This document shows positions 12,914-24,791 of a DNA stretch of 64,000 nt, piece by piece. The notes beneath the pieces were generated by a model. The model saw only the letters and a program-made list of their open reading frames with translations, was not told where the DNA came from and did not search any database. The translations under genes and the position numbers were made by a program. Position 1 is the first letter of the stretch. Every line of letters begins with the position of its first letter. The DNA is from Trichosphaerium sp. ATCC 40318 (lineage: Eukaryota > Protista > Tubulinea): positions 46,897 to 110,896 of the forward strand of contig JALMLS010000035.1 in the NCBI GenBank assembly GCA_038496445.1, written 5' to 3'.

Positions 12914-14912
12914 ATGCTTGCTCGCGCACTTATTACATTGTATTTTGCGTCACAAGTGTATTGTCTAACAGTAACAGGTCCTTCAGGGGACAGGTACAAA
13001 AATCAGATTTTCACGCTACACAAAGAACTTTCACAGCATTGTCCGTTTCAGTCAGTTAGTCAGTTATTTTCGCTCTGGAAGCGCTTTATTTGTTGTAGTA
13101 TTCTTGGATTGGTGCACTTGTAACAAAAAATTAAGCGACGAAAGAAATAACTAGCTGACTATGTTGACTGAAATAAATTTTTTTTTCATCAAAATAACTT
13201 AACTATGCTGCATACTAAGGAAAACGCTGGTTCATTCTGATAATAGTAATTAAATACCTTCTTACGTATGTTACAGAGATTCTTTTAATAGGCCAACGTG
13301 GAGTTTTGGAGGCGATGCGTACCAACAAGCAAGACAAAAACTTGGTATTCATTTCAAAAACCCCAGCGTAAAACTCACTGTAGTTTTAGCAGATGAAGGC
13401 CATATGGTTAATACAAGCGATATCATATCGCAACAGTTTTTATCCACTTCAGATATATTTATATCAGGTGTTATGGATGATATGAATGAAGAGAATATTA
13501 TTTTGAATTGGGTTTCTCTAGGTAACTTAGCATACTTAATGTGCGATAGGGCTGAGCAAAGCTATTGTAATAAAATCTTGCCAGGTATGATGACTGTTAT
13601 CTTGCTATTATGATATGTAACTTAAAATTTCAGAAATACTCGCTAGCGATAACGAGTTTTGTGATTGTGTTTCAGACAGAGAAGTACAGCCAATCTTTAA
13701 ATTTGCTGTTTTTAATCTTGTTTTCGTAGAACGTCTACGTTTTGGTAGATCATCCTTTATTTGGAAATATCACAGTAGATAACTCTATTCCTATAGAAAC
13801 GAGAACAGGTACTATTAAAAGCACATTGTTTCAAGTGTAATAAATTTTGAGTAAGTTCAATTTAATGTCGACTCAACACGTTTGACACTTGTGGTTCTTG
13901 CTTCTTATGAACGAGATTCTGTTGTTCCTGCAATAATTGAAGTCACATGGGGTTTGGGCAAAGTGATACTTATTGGAGACGGTGGTATATTCTCAGATGA
14001 CTTTTTTGGAATGCCTGTAACACAACACGTTTTCGACAATGCTATTAGCAACGGTACTCAGCAAACAAATACGTAACTCTTCTCACAAGCAACATAAGCG
14101 CAAGAAATTATATCATGGCCTCCTACTAAAACAATTCCTACTCTACCTCCAACTACAGTTTCACCAACTACAACAGCACCAATGGCTCTTTTTAATGTAC
14201 AAGTTAAACATCGAAGAACCAGAACTGATCATTTAATAGGACAGTTTGGTTGTTACTTCCGATATAGTGATTGCGGAAACAACAACTATTATAGGCAATC
14301 TAAAAATAATTAATAACAGTACTCTACGTATCAGTCAAGATACTGTTGTTACAGTTATAGGTACGAAAGAACCAAAGAATTAAAAGATGGTTGGAAAACT
14401 GTTTCAAACCAAACTTACCAAAACCGGGATAACACATTTTAAACAAATAGCCGTATTTCTTGTGACAGTTTTTAGCTAAATGACCCTTTGTCAGATTCTA
14501 CGCTCCTTTTAGAGCAAAAAAAAGCCGAGTCAGATTCTTTTTTTATTAAAATTATGATATATTTCACGTTACCACACTTCTACAAAAACAACACGTTTTA
14601 CTAAAATGTTACAAAGGATGTTTGGAAACTGGGGGCGGAAATCTTGAAATACAATTTGACAAAACAAGTCTTGCTGATGGAGAAAAACGAGAATTCATCA
14701 AATACAATTGCCTTCTTTCTACATTTTCAGATATAAGTGTAGTGACAAGTAATCAATGCAAGGATGTAGGTATTGCCAGTTCAGAGTATAGTGCAACAAG
14801 TCTTTTTCTTGTGTTTTCTGTAAAAGACACTTGCTCTCAGAGTAGTTCTGGACATGGTATCACATGGTGGGGTGTTCTATTAATAGTTATTGTAGTTGGG
14901 TTGATTAGGTGA
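12914..14912 (+). CDS. Hypothetical type I surface protein, multi-exon, possibly 3'-truncated
   Basis: Signal peptide MLARALITLYFASQVYC, P/T-rich linker, Cys-containing juxtamembrane domain and TM helix GITWWGVLLIVIVVGLIR* with no cytoplasmic tail. Confidence 0.55.
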
Positions 14913-15243
14913 AATAAAAATAGCCTGTTATGAGACTTTACAAGTGTCTTATGTTGTTCCACGCTTATCACGCCAAGTAAATGTGCTTGAGATGCTTTTT
15001 GTGCTATAGTAACTCAATTAACACTTACTGTGGTAAAAGTTACAAAGTATATGACTTTCTATGCGTGGAAATGGTTTTAGACTTGAAAGTATAAATTGAG
15101 ATGCCTTATTTGATGAAGTCCACGCTCAGAATTCTTTTGTAAAACCCTAGAACTAGAAATAGCAGCTAGAAGTTATTGCTTTAGGCAGCCTACAAGGGCG
15201 CTCAGGACAGAGCAAACAACTGTTCTGTATTTTAATGGCAGAA

Positions 15244-15533
15244 ATGAGGTGCCAACAAAAAAGACCTTTATTATGTATCCGTTGGACAGTATGTAGAGTA
15301 TTATAACACTTTTCTGTACTATTCGCTGTTATCGTCACACTTGGCCTTCTAGCAACATATGTTCACGCGTAAGTTGACACTTTACAACACGTGTTTACTG
15401 ACAGCTTTCTCTTTTTTTTCATCATTTTTTCCGAGTGTTTGCAGTCACTTGTTTGTTATTTTAACTGCCCATAGTATATGGACTGTATTAGATACAGGAA
15501 CATTATATTGGCAAATGTGGTGGGTTGTTGATG
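15244..15533 (+). repeat. Patchwork of local duplications: 15244-15296 matches 16960-17012, and 15301-15533 matches 11787-12013
   Basis: Near-identical sequence by direct comparison. The second piece retains the intron of the LUSTR gene. Confidence 0.9.
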
Positions 15534-15659
15534 TAATACCTTTTTATTGCAAGCAGTACTAACGTAATTTGTTGAAGCGTTAAGCCGCGTTGACTTGACC
15601 GAAAGGTATTTTCTCGCAGTTACTTGACCTCGTTAGACTACCTTTACTACTCACCGCAC

Positions 15660-16781
15660 ATGGAAGACACTGAGCCTTGTAATATGCTAGCACTTCCTTT
15701 TGAATTGCTATGCTTAATACAAGAATTTCTTAACGATACTGACCGACAGGCGTCTGCCCTTACTTGTGTAGTATTTAAACATATAATTTACGATGAAATT
15801 GGATACTCAACTGTTTTCGTTTCAAAAACAAACGCTGAACAAGTAACAACATGCAGAGGTATTCTCAAACACTCTAGAATTGAGTTTTGCTGCCCACTCC
15901 CCGATACAGAAACACTTCTCAAATTTTCAACTTGTAGACACGTTTCTCTTTATCGTACACGTGCATCAACAATAGATGACCTCATCACAATGTTTTCTAA
16001 ACACGTGTATACCATTGATATCTCAGGATGTAGGTTTTCAAAGAACCAGCTATCGAAGCTTTCAGGTATTCACACAATATCTCTCGAAAGCTGCATTAAT
16101 GTGACTGATGAAGGTGTTAAACACCTTGCTGGCGTACATACTATCAACTTGGGACGTACAAAAGTAACAGATGAAGGTATAGAAGCGCTTAAAGGAGTTT
16201 ATTCAATAAACTTAAGAGGATGTTCAAATATAACAGATAAAGGCATTAAATCTCTTGCTGGCGTTCATACAATTAATCTAAAATCAACAACAGTAACAGA
16301 TAAAGGTGTAAATGCGTTGATTGGTGTACATACTATCAATCTTAGCCTGTGTACTTATATAACATCAAAGTGTTTTAAAACGCTTTCAAAGGCACACAAT
16401 GTCGCTTTGATGTCATGTATGTGCGTCCAACAGACTTGTATTCATCTTCTTAATGGTGTTCACACCTTAGATATAAGGCGGTGTGATGTTACTTCTGATA
16501 GCCTGGCAAAGTTAACAAGTGTCAAGGTAATCATTACAGCAGTTAGTTATCAAATATCATTGTCTATGATAGAGGATATAAGCAAGTTTGTACCAACAGT
16601 ATATGTGTATCCACACGTACCACTACAAGTATTTGATGATGGACAATACCTAATTGTGGCAAATCCAGCATTACGCTTAAGAGCTAAACATGAAAGACTT
16701 CCATCTTTTATTAATGGCAAGAAACAAAACTTTTCTTGTCCAGCTTGTAAAGTTAGAACACTCAGACAAAGTTATCGTTAA
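15660..16781 (+). CDS. Intronless F-box/leucine-rich-repeat protein
   Basis: F-box-like MLALPFELLCLIQEFL, then repeats of GVHTINLxxxxVTDxGVxxL. First true ATG at 15660. Confidence 0.9.
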   Translation: MEDTEPCNMLALPFELLCLIQEFLNDTDRQASALTCVVFKHIIYDEIGYSTVFVSKTNAEQVTTCRGILKHSRIEFCCPLPDTETLLKFSTCRHVSLYRTRASTIDDLITMFSKHVYTIDISGCRFSKNQLSKLSGIHTISLESCINVTDEGVKHLAGVHTINLGRTKVTDEGIEALKGVYSINLRGCSNITDKGIKSLAGVHTINLKSTTVTDKGVNALIGVHTINLSLCTYITSKCFKTLSKAHNVALMSCMCVQQTCIHLLNGVHTLDIRRCDVTSDSLAKLTSVKVIITAVSYQISLSMIEDISKFVPTVYVYPHVPLQVFDDGQYLIVANPALRLRAKHERLPSFINGKKQNFSCPACKVRTLRQSYR

Positions 16782-16986
16782 TTTAAAGAGTCGACATTGA
16801 GGGATGCTATCACATTACGACATTTTTTTGTAGATTGTGTATAATAGCTTTCCAATAAACTTGCTTTCTGGCATAAACCACAAGATCCAAAAACTCTAAC
16901 AAAAGACTACAGCCATACTGTATCAGGTATACCTCTAATTTGATACGTGTTAAGAATGGATGAAGTGTCAACACAAAGACCTTTTA

Positions 16987-19203
16987 TTAAGTATCTGTTG
17001 GACAGTATGTAGGTAATATTGTTACATACCCATGTGGTTCTTTTTTGTTCTTTCTTTTTGAGTAAAACTCTGATAGAACCTTGTCTTTGTTTTCAACACT
17101 GAAAACCCTAGATCAACATCAGTTGTGCGTCTGAAATATGGGTTTTTACTGCCTTACCTTTGAGCATTTGATTTTGTTGTTGATACAATCACCAAGTAAA
17201 GAAGGGCAGGTTGGTTACGTATAAAATCTGGTAGAGTTCTTTTTGAGCCATTAATATCGAGATTGTTGTCTATGAGGTAGTGTTTAACCTTGGGTAGCAT
17301 AAGTTAGTTTTAACTACCTAAAGATAGCTCTGATACCTTGTTTTCGGAAGTGTTGGCATCACGTGTCACAAAGGCAATTGCAGTGCGGCCAGGGCATTGC
17401 TCTGAAAATCGAAGTAAAAAAGAGCCTGGACGTTCAGCACGTAGAATTGAAACTGCTTCGTCTCTTGAAAGGAATCCACAGCAATATCCATGTACCCATA
17501 ACTCACGAAAGTGTCTTTGGCGTTTTATCTTATGTATACATAAAAGGTACCAGTTTGTGAACTCATCAACAAGTGCTCTTGAAACGGCTTAGAAAGGAAA
17601 GTAAGAAGCCACAAAAAAGAACTATATTTTGGCGTACAGCCACTGCCGTCAAAGTAAAGCTGTTTGAAGTAGTCAAAGTCCTGGACATGTAATGGTCTTT
17701 CTGGAGAATTCATATCCTGGTCTAAAGCCGAAAGATATCTGAATTGTATGACATTACAAAATTTATGCCATGATACATCATTTTCTTTTGCGAAAACTAG
17801 AGTGGTATTTTGTAAGAAAAAAATGAGATTACTAGTCAGTGCACGTCTACTTACCTTGATGTGTTAAAAGTATTTTTTCTGACTGATGCCATTGAAACCC
17901 ATTTGTATTTACAATGAATTGATTATTCGTTTCAGCTTGGAGCAAAAGGTTATTACAAGAGGTGCTTGTATTTTTCATTGAAAGTCTGACATCAAAATTC
18001 AATTTAACTACTTTTTGACGTGTTCCTACAGGGAAACGCAACGACTAACGGCGCTTGATTAGTTGAAGAATATTAAAGCATACTTACCTTAAATTGTGCT
18101 TCGAGCTTGTCGCTCATTGGAACGGCATTGTTCTGTAAAACGGGTACTTTTCTAGATCTCTTTGTTGGCCGAGAGAAGACTTCACCAGCAACACTAGCTC
18201 GCACCAACCCTAAAGCATAAAACCTATTAAACTACATACTTTGGTGTCAAGTTCAGAAAACGAACGTAATTTTATGTTGGGAACCAGTACGTACCATTGA
18301 CTTGAATTTGAGTATCAGGATCAGCGCCTTTAAAAATAGCTAGTTTAATTGGAGTTGCCATCTGTTTATCTTGTTTGATGCAATCAGATTGCGGTTGTTG
18401 TGTTAACAAAAGTGCAACTGGTGGACTAGAGAAAGAAATAAAGTATTAAAACGAGCTCATTGATCATAAAAAGATGGGGTACTTTTGTGGTTGGTTAATC
18501 TCCCGTTCATATAGCCGTAGTTGGGTTTCGTATTCATGTAGTATCTGCTCCAAATAAAACCATTCTTTGATATCCCTCCCACTTAACATGGTTGTACTAA
18601 AAACATCATAAAGTGATGTAATTACTCCTTCCAGATTTTTTCTTGTATTATTATGCAATCGCTTAAGAGATTCTATTGTACAATCACGTGTTTTAAAAAA
18701 ATGACATTGTGTTTCTTTGATTTCTCCAAGCTGTACCTGTTAAACCTCGATGTTAGGAACAAGTATAGAATAACACATCTATCTAAATACTTACTGAGAC
18801 AAGTCCCGTGTCATTTCGAACGACTTGGAGAGGTGATGGGGTATGTTTATGTTCGATAAATGAAGCAATACTTTCAGAATTTTGTTCACTTTTTTCAACC
18901 AGCGAGCGCCCTGTCGTTTCGGTTTCCACGAATGAACCGTTTCCCCTATGGTTATTTAGTATTCAAGGTATGACGTTATCTCTTTTGCACTTACTCTGTA
19001 GAAGTAGGAAAATTTAAAAACGATTCAACTTCGTCCCATCCGCTAGTATCGCTTATTGATGTTTTTGGATACGCTAACTGGTCAATAACGCCTTCTGAGC
19101 CAAAATTAGCTTCAGGGGGCCAAAATAACGTGGGAACAGCGTCAACGCTATCTTCAACGTGTTTTCGTTTATTAGGCCTGCTCATATCGTCTTTTCCTTC
19201 CAT
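16987..19203 (-). CDS. STAT transcription factor, Dictyostelium type (coiled-coil, DNA-binding, linker, SH2, C-terminal Tyr), multi-exon, N-terminus uncertain
   Basis: Spliced translation: ALLLTQQPQ, LRFPVGTRQKVVKLNF, FIVNTNGFQW, VSWHKFCNVIQ..PERPLHVQDFDYF, RQRHFRELWVHGYCCGFLSR..PGSFLLRFSEQCPG, VKHYLI..KRTLPDFI, KDKVLSEFYSKR..PHGYV. Confidence 0.88.
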
Positions 19204-20760
19204 GTTGGAAACAACTGCACATTTTATCTGAAAAAGTTGTTAAAAACTGTAAGCACTGGTTAAGCGTTCTACAACAATAAACTATGTCTCGTATTCTACA
19301 ACATCAGTACGAAATATTAAGCTATTATTAGTGCTGTTCTCAAGTATTTGGGCGATTTCGTTAAAATCTGAAGTGGTTTGTTATTAATAATGTGTCAAGG
19401 TGTTTTAGAACTAGTTGTTGCGCAGCACAGTCTATGTTTTGAAGGCACTTCTTGTTCTTTCTGAATTGAAAAATAAATCTCCTATGGCTTACATTTCATT
19501 GAACGGCCGACCATTATCACTCAACGCTAGTTAATAACATCAAAGAGCTCAACTCTATCTACATACTTTTGATAATTGGACTCATGTATTTTTACTTTAG
19601 TAACCTTGAAATGCACTTTTCAAGCTTTTTAGCCCAGCAGTTGTCGCCAAAAGACAAAGCAATTCAATGTGTCTCTCGCTTTTGGTGCATCACCCAAACA
19701 TAAAATCAAAAAAGTTTAGGAGCAGGATAACACACCGGAAGGAAATCTCGTGTATTTCGTTCCATCAAGGGAGCTAATCTTGTGGTGTGAAGTTTCTAAG
19801 CCTTCCTGCAATCGACTACCCGAGTGTCCATACCGAGCGGCTGTCATAGGCTGGTGAACTATATAGTACACGACCCCTACTACACAGAATAGAGGTGGTT
19901 TGTCAAGCCACTTTTTCGTATTACACAACAACAGCCGGTTTCGATTTGACGTTTTCGATCAACTGTGTTTTCAAGATGTAAACTATCTATCCTCTGATGT
20001 AAGTCACAACCAAAATCAAGTTTATAAACTGACAATCCATGCTTGGAAAAAAATTATGGGTAACGCAAAACACCTCATACTGCCTTCTATGAGACCTCAG
20101 AGAAGCATCAGTAGGTTTTTTTACAAAAAGTGTCGTTTCGACATCAATCATCGAAATCAAAAAATTGACGTACAATGGTTTCAATCGCCTTACCTCTTCG
20201 CGTAGTATCGTTTTTAAGGGTTTGCAACTAAATGACAGCATTCATGAAAAATTGGCTCCAGAATTTTATCTTACTTTTCAAAATCAACTACGACTTATAA
20301 GCTATGACTTAATAAAAAAACTGGCTTCTATGGCTTGCTACGCTTGTTTCAACTCAGCGACGGTCTATAGTTTGCAATTTGAGAGCTGTTTGGCTGTTTT
20401 ATGACACTTGATATGGACCACACGCTGAGAGTAAATGTGTGTTTAAACAGGCGCACGAGATCAACCTACATTGCTAGATCATTTGTCAGAAATCGCTTAG
20501 AGAGCGCGAATTCTGACCTTCCTAGAAAAGAAACTTAGACTCTAAAGATGTAAGGACAGCTGATTGTCACACCGCACAACTGTAATATTGAAAGCACCGT
20601 GGCATGATAAACTGCAAGTGATACAATAAACTAGTAACTGCTATTCCTAGTCGACTACTAGTAGACTTGAATGGTTTAACAGTATTCCTACTCGTGTACT
20701 ATTGTGCTACTGAGTGTTACGTAAACGCAAAAAAAAGCTGGAGCTGACAATCGCTACATG

Positions 20761-22057
20761 CGACTATTAACGACACGTATGTATTCTCTGCGCGTAGGAT
20801 AGGTTATTGGAATTGTTAAAACGTTCGTACAATGTACTGACGCTCGAAGAAAAACTCAAGTTATCTGTCCTTGGCCCTCGGCGCAAAGCTCATGGTATTT
20901 TAAGCTCTGTTTTAACTTCTGTGTAGTTGTTGTAGTTTTTGAGAATTGAGGTTACCGTTCGTTACATCCGCGACCCTGTTTGAGCATGTGGGCGCGTGTA
21001 AAGGCTAAAAAAGAAACATAAAGAAAAAGCGCCAAATTTAAATATTAGCGCGCTTTACAAAAAGGTGATAGAACTGAGAAAGTTGGTAATATCGTTGATC
21101 CAGTGCATACACGTTGTGTTGTTTGTCGTGTGGGATTATTTCTGACTTTTTTTAAAATGCAGTTTCTTATTTCCCTTTTTCTCCGAGATGTATGTAACCC
21201 ATCTCATATACGTTCATATTGGCGCTACAGCGTGTTTGGCTACGATATTAAAAATGGAATCTGAGAAAAAAATACAACAACTCATTGAATGTGCTATCAT
21301 TAGCACGCCTTCTTACCCTTCCTTCACAAAAACTACACGAGTTTCAAAAACGCACAACCCATCTACTCAAACGAACTAAACACCTCATCCAATGTTCGAC
21401 TCCATCAAACAACGTTTCAACACATTCTGCGGCATCTTCAAGAAGAAGAACGGCAACGGCAAACCTGAGAAACAGAAGTACACCATGAACAACGACAATA
21501 TTCATGGAGAAGAGGCCAGCAGCACTGTATGTACTTGCACGAACAGCTGTAGTCAAGAGACTATGGCGAAGGAAGTAGTTCGCGATGACCTCCTCAAAAC
21601 CGAAATCAGAGCTCACAACAAGATCCTCCGACGTGAAGTGAAGAACCAGAGCAAGGCAGGGTGTGAAAACACTAAGCAACCAGCAAAGGTTCTAAAAATC
21701 TCTCCAAAGGAGCCAACCGTCACATTACCAGTGGTTACAGGCAATGCACTCATTTTGGCGATATATCAGCAACCCTCTGTAGAGGATCTTTACAAAGACG
21801 CTGTTGAGGACTTGTTTTGCAGAGTGGTTGAAGAGTGGGCTCTTGAGCAAGGGATTTCTCTCGACTCAAGTTCATAAACCTCTATCAAAAGCTTCGACAA
21901 CGCAATGGTATCATCTACAAGCGATGAATTTTTACTCGATTTTGCAAGATGTGAAGAGCGCTTGCATAATACGGATGAGTTCTTTGGACCATGTTCTAAA
22001 AAACAATCAAATAAAATATAACTTGTACTTTATCCTTGACTTTGTTTCCTTATTTCG
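20761..22057 (+). repeat. Left arm of a ~1.3-kb inverted duplication (partner 24792-26087)
   Basis: Reverse complement of 24792-26087 aligns throughout with scattered substitutions. Confidence 0.95.
21392..21877 (+). CDS. Intronless hypothetical protein, 161 aa (copy A)
   Basis: Open in both arms, 152/161 aa identical to copy B. No recognisable domain. Confidence 0.55.
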   Translation: MFDSIKQRFNTFCGIFKKKNGNGKPEKQKYTMNNDNIHGEEASSTVCTCTNSCSQETMAKEVVRDDLLKTEIRAHNKILRREVKNQSKAGCENTKQPAKVLKISPKEPTVTLPVVTGNALILAIYQQPSVEDLYKDAVEDLFCRVVEEWALEQGISLDSSS

Positions 22058-22246
22058 TGACGGGTAGATTCTCTTCTTTACTTGCAACAACCGAACAACC
22101 CTTACAGATAGTATTTCGCATTTGTTCTTTTTGTAGATCAACCTGCGTTAACAAGGAATGCACGCGAAATACTACAAATCACACGTGTTTTTCATAGTTG
22201 TGGTAAAATTAACTTTTGGTTTATTTTTTTAGTGACATGCCTTATT

Positions 22247-24359
22247 TTACTCTGATGTTGACATTTGTTCTTTTATCCATTTGGTTGAGGTATTGTATGC
22301 GCACATAGCCATAGATTGAGCACCTTCTAAAGAGAATAGATCTGAATCCTCACTAACTTTGGATTGAACATAACGCAACCATTCGCTATCTCCGTGATTG
22401 TACAAACTAGCTGCAAGGAGTGGGAAAAATACATATCGTTGAGTACCGAGTAAAACCAAAGCACCTATTAACACGAAAAGATTAGGATTAATTTGTCACT
22501 AAATAAATTCTAGGGTCTGTTCTTTTGTATTAAAACTACGTACCTGCACCAAACCAGAAGGTTTGTTCCATAGCCCATAATGTTCTTAGAGGTAGTTTAA
22601 GATCAACTCCAGGGATAGAGAGGTCGCTATGTTATATATGAGGTGATATATTTTTGAATAAACGAAGAGAACAAATTAAAGGTTTGGCTTTTTTTTGACG
22701 TACAATTTGTGGTTTTCTCTCTCAGGCTCAATAGCATCGATGATTGGTCTTATTGCGAGTGCAATGTCAGTAGGTTTTTCTCCAACATAGTTATCAAGAT
22801 CGATAGACATATCTAAGTCAAAAAAAAAAACGTGTCAAGATTGCACATTTTGACAGGTCAAAAAAAACCCTTTTTCAGTAATTTTCTTACCTGTAGCAGA
22901 GGCGTATTTTAATAAACTGGCGCCAAGTAAATCCATCAACATAAAAGCACCAATCCACATACCAACACGTCTTGATTTAGAGAATTTCTTTATCATGGCG
23001 CCTAAAAAGTGTTGTTATTTTTATTGACGAAGCTCGACTGCTCGTGTATCGATCGTACTAGGGTAGTTGTGTAGTGAACGAATCGTGACACGGGATGCCC
23101 ACATTGTTCTTCCCCATACAGAAGCGCCAGCAGCTACAATAGAACATAAGACAGGGATTCTTCTTCGGAGCGTTCTTCGTACCGAAAGCAAGACAACTCC
23201 AAGTGCTGGCACCACTATACGTTGGACCGCGAAATGTGAGAGGTTCAACCTCGCGAGCAGCTAGAGCTAGTACACGACTATTTAGATTGTCATCGGATTT
23301 TCCAGCCCTCTTTTTAAAAGAACAAGTCAGAAGGTGTTATCCCATTTAACTTTGTTAACGTACTGCGTTTTCAATCTGTTGTTGGGCAATCTGTGCTAGG
23401 TTATTGTCAGCTTTGCTTAGTTTCTTCAGAGCAGTGAATAAAGCGTCTTTTGCAGTCTTAACATTTTCCATATGTTCAACCAACTAGGACAGTAAGAACA
23501 GATGAATACGCAAAAAAAAACTTAAAAAAAGACTAAATTAACCTAGTGTACCAAATTTGTTGTCATAGCGGTAAGAAGCCATGTTGTACTGTCTTGATAC
23601 TCTTCTGGTTTTTCAGGGAGAGTGCTGAGTATCTTTTCTAAGCGAGGTGCCTTTTAAACGTGTCAATAAATAAATTTTGTTCAAAAATATGCAATAAAAA
23701 GAGTGAAATTACTAGTACTGCATACATGAGCCAATAGTGGTCTGATTTCAGGGTATTGTACTGCTAATTTATATAACCAAGTTATTGCTTGCTTTTGTAC
23801 GCCTTTATCTTCGTGTAAGCTTGCATTGATCTACAAGAAGTTAATTTAAAACGTTAAAAGTTTTGCAGATTTTTTGGATCTAAACTAAAATATGTAACTT
23901 ACCAAAGTATCCAAGCACTTCACGTTAATTTGCACGTTCGTAGGGAGAACTGATAAAGAGTGTGAACTTTTTTTTTGACGTATGTTCCATAAACGTACCG
24001 ACACTTCCCGAGAAGAGTTTTTGTGTTACAAATTGTGATCGCTCTAGCTCTTTGAAGCCTTGGTTTATTGTATCGACGCTAATCTTGTAAGAATAGAGCT
24101 AATTTAAACGGTTTCGCGTTTTTTAGCTTCTAAAGGTATAGAATATGTGTTGTTCGAGCGTTTTAGTGTGCGAATAAAGATTAACTCACTCTTCGTTGTT
24201 TATCATGTTCAAAGCAGTTTCCATTTGTTTTTCTGGCGTTTCTTCCAACTCTTGGGTCCGTTTAGTAAAAGATAGCACAAAACTTTTCGTACCAAGCCAG
24301 TGTTTCACTAGGAAGCCAGCAGTGGTAGCGCCTATTACAGCAGCGGCTAATAGAGGCAT
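22247..24359 (-). CDS. Hypothetical multi-pass membrane protein, multi-exon
   Basis: MPLLAAAVIGATTAGFLVKHW start, canonical short introns, several hydrophobic helices. No family recognised. Confidence 0.6.
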
Positions 24360-24791
24360 TCTGCCTTTTAATTCTTTTTTCACATCAGAGTAAATGACAA
24401 CGTCGTCTGTAGATTGCCGCGTGGTATTGGATCGTGTGTATTTTGTACGGTGTTTGCGCTGGCGCGTTGTGGCTGTTTGCGACAGACCTCTGTATAAACA
24501 GATTCTATTCATCCTTTATTTACGTTACCTAGACGGCCAGTGAAAGAGACTCTAATATAAAGCGATTTTTCTAGTCTAGTCTGCTGAAGTCCAGCAACGG
24601 TTTTTGTGTCAAGTACCAATAGTTTTTCAGCAAAGGCTTGACAGCCTGGCATAAAGTAGTTTCACGTACTGGCATAAACAGCCTCGGGGGGATTCTTATT
24701 TAAGTCTCGAGATTATGCATTTAGTCCTTGACAAGTACAGCAACGCTTACAACATTACACTCGCTAACAGCAATTACTTTGGTGAACAAAC

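Noticed and set aside
21188-22021. TAA reassignment (three in-frame segments separated by TAA)
   Set aside because: Conserved genes here (NAMPT, STAT, DUSP) end in TAA, and the upstream segment's ATG is not preserved in copy B.
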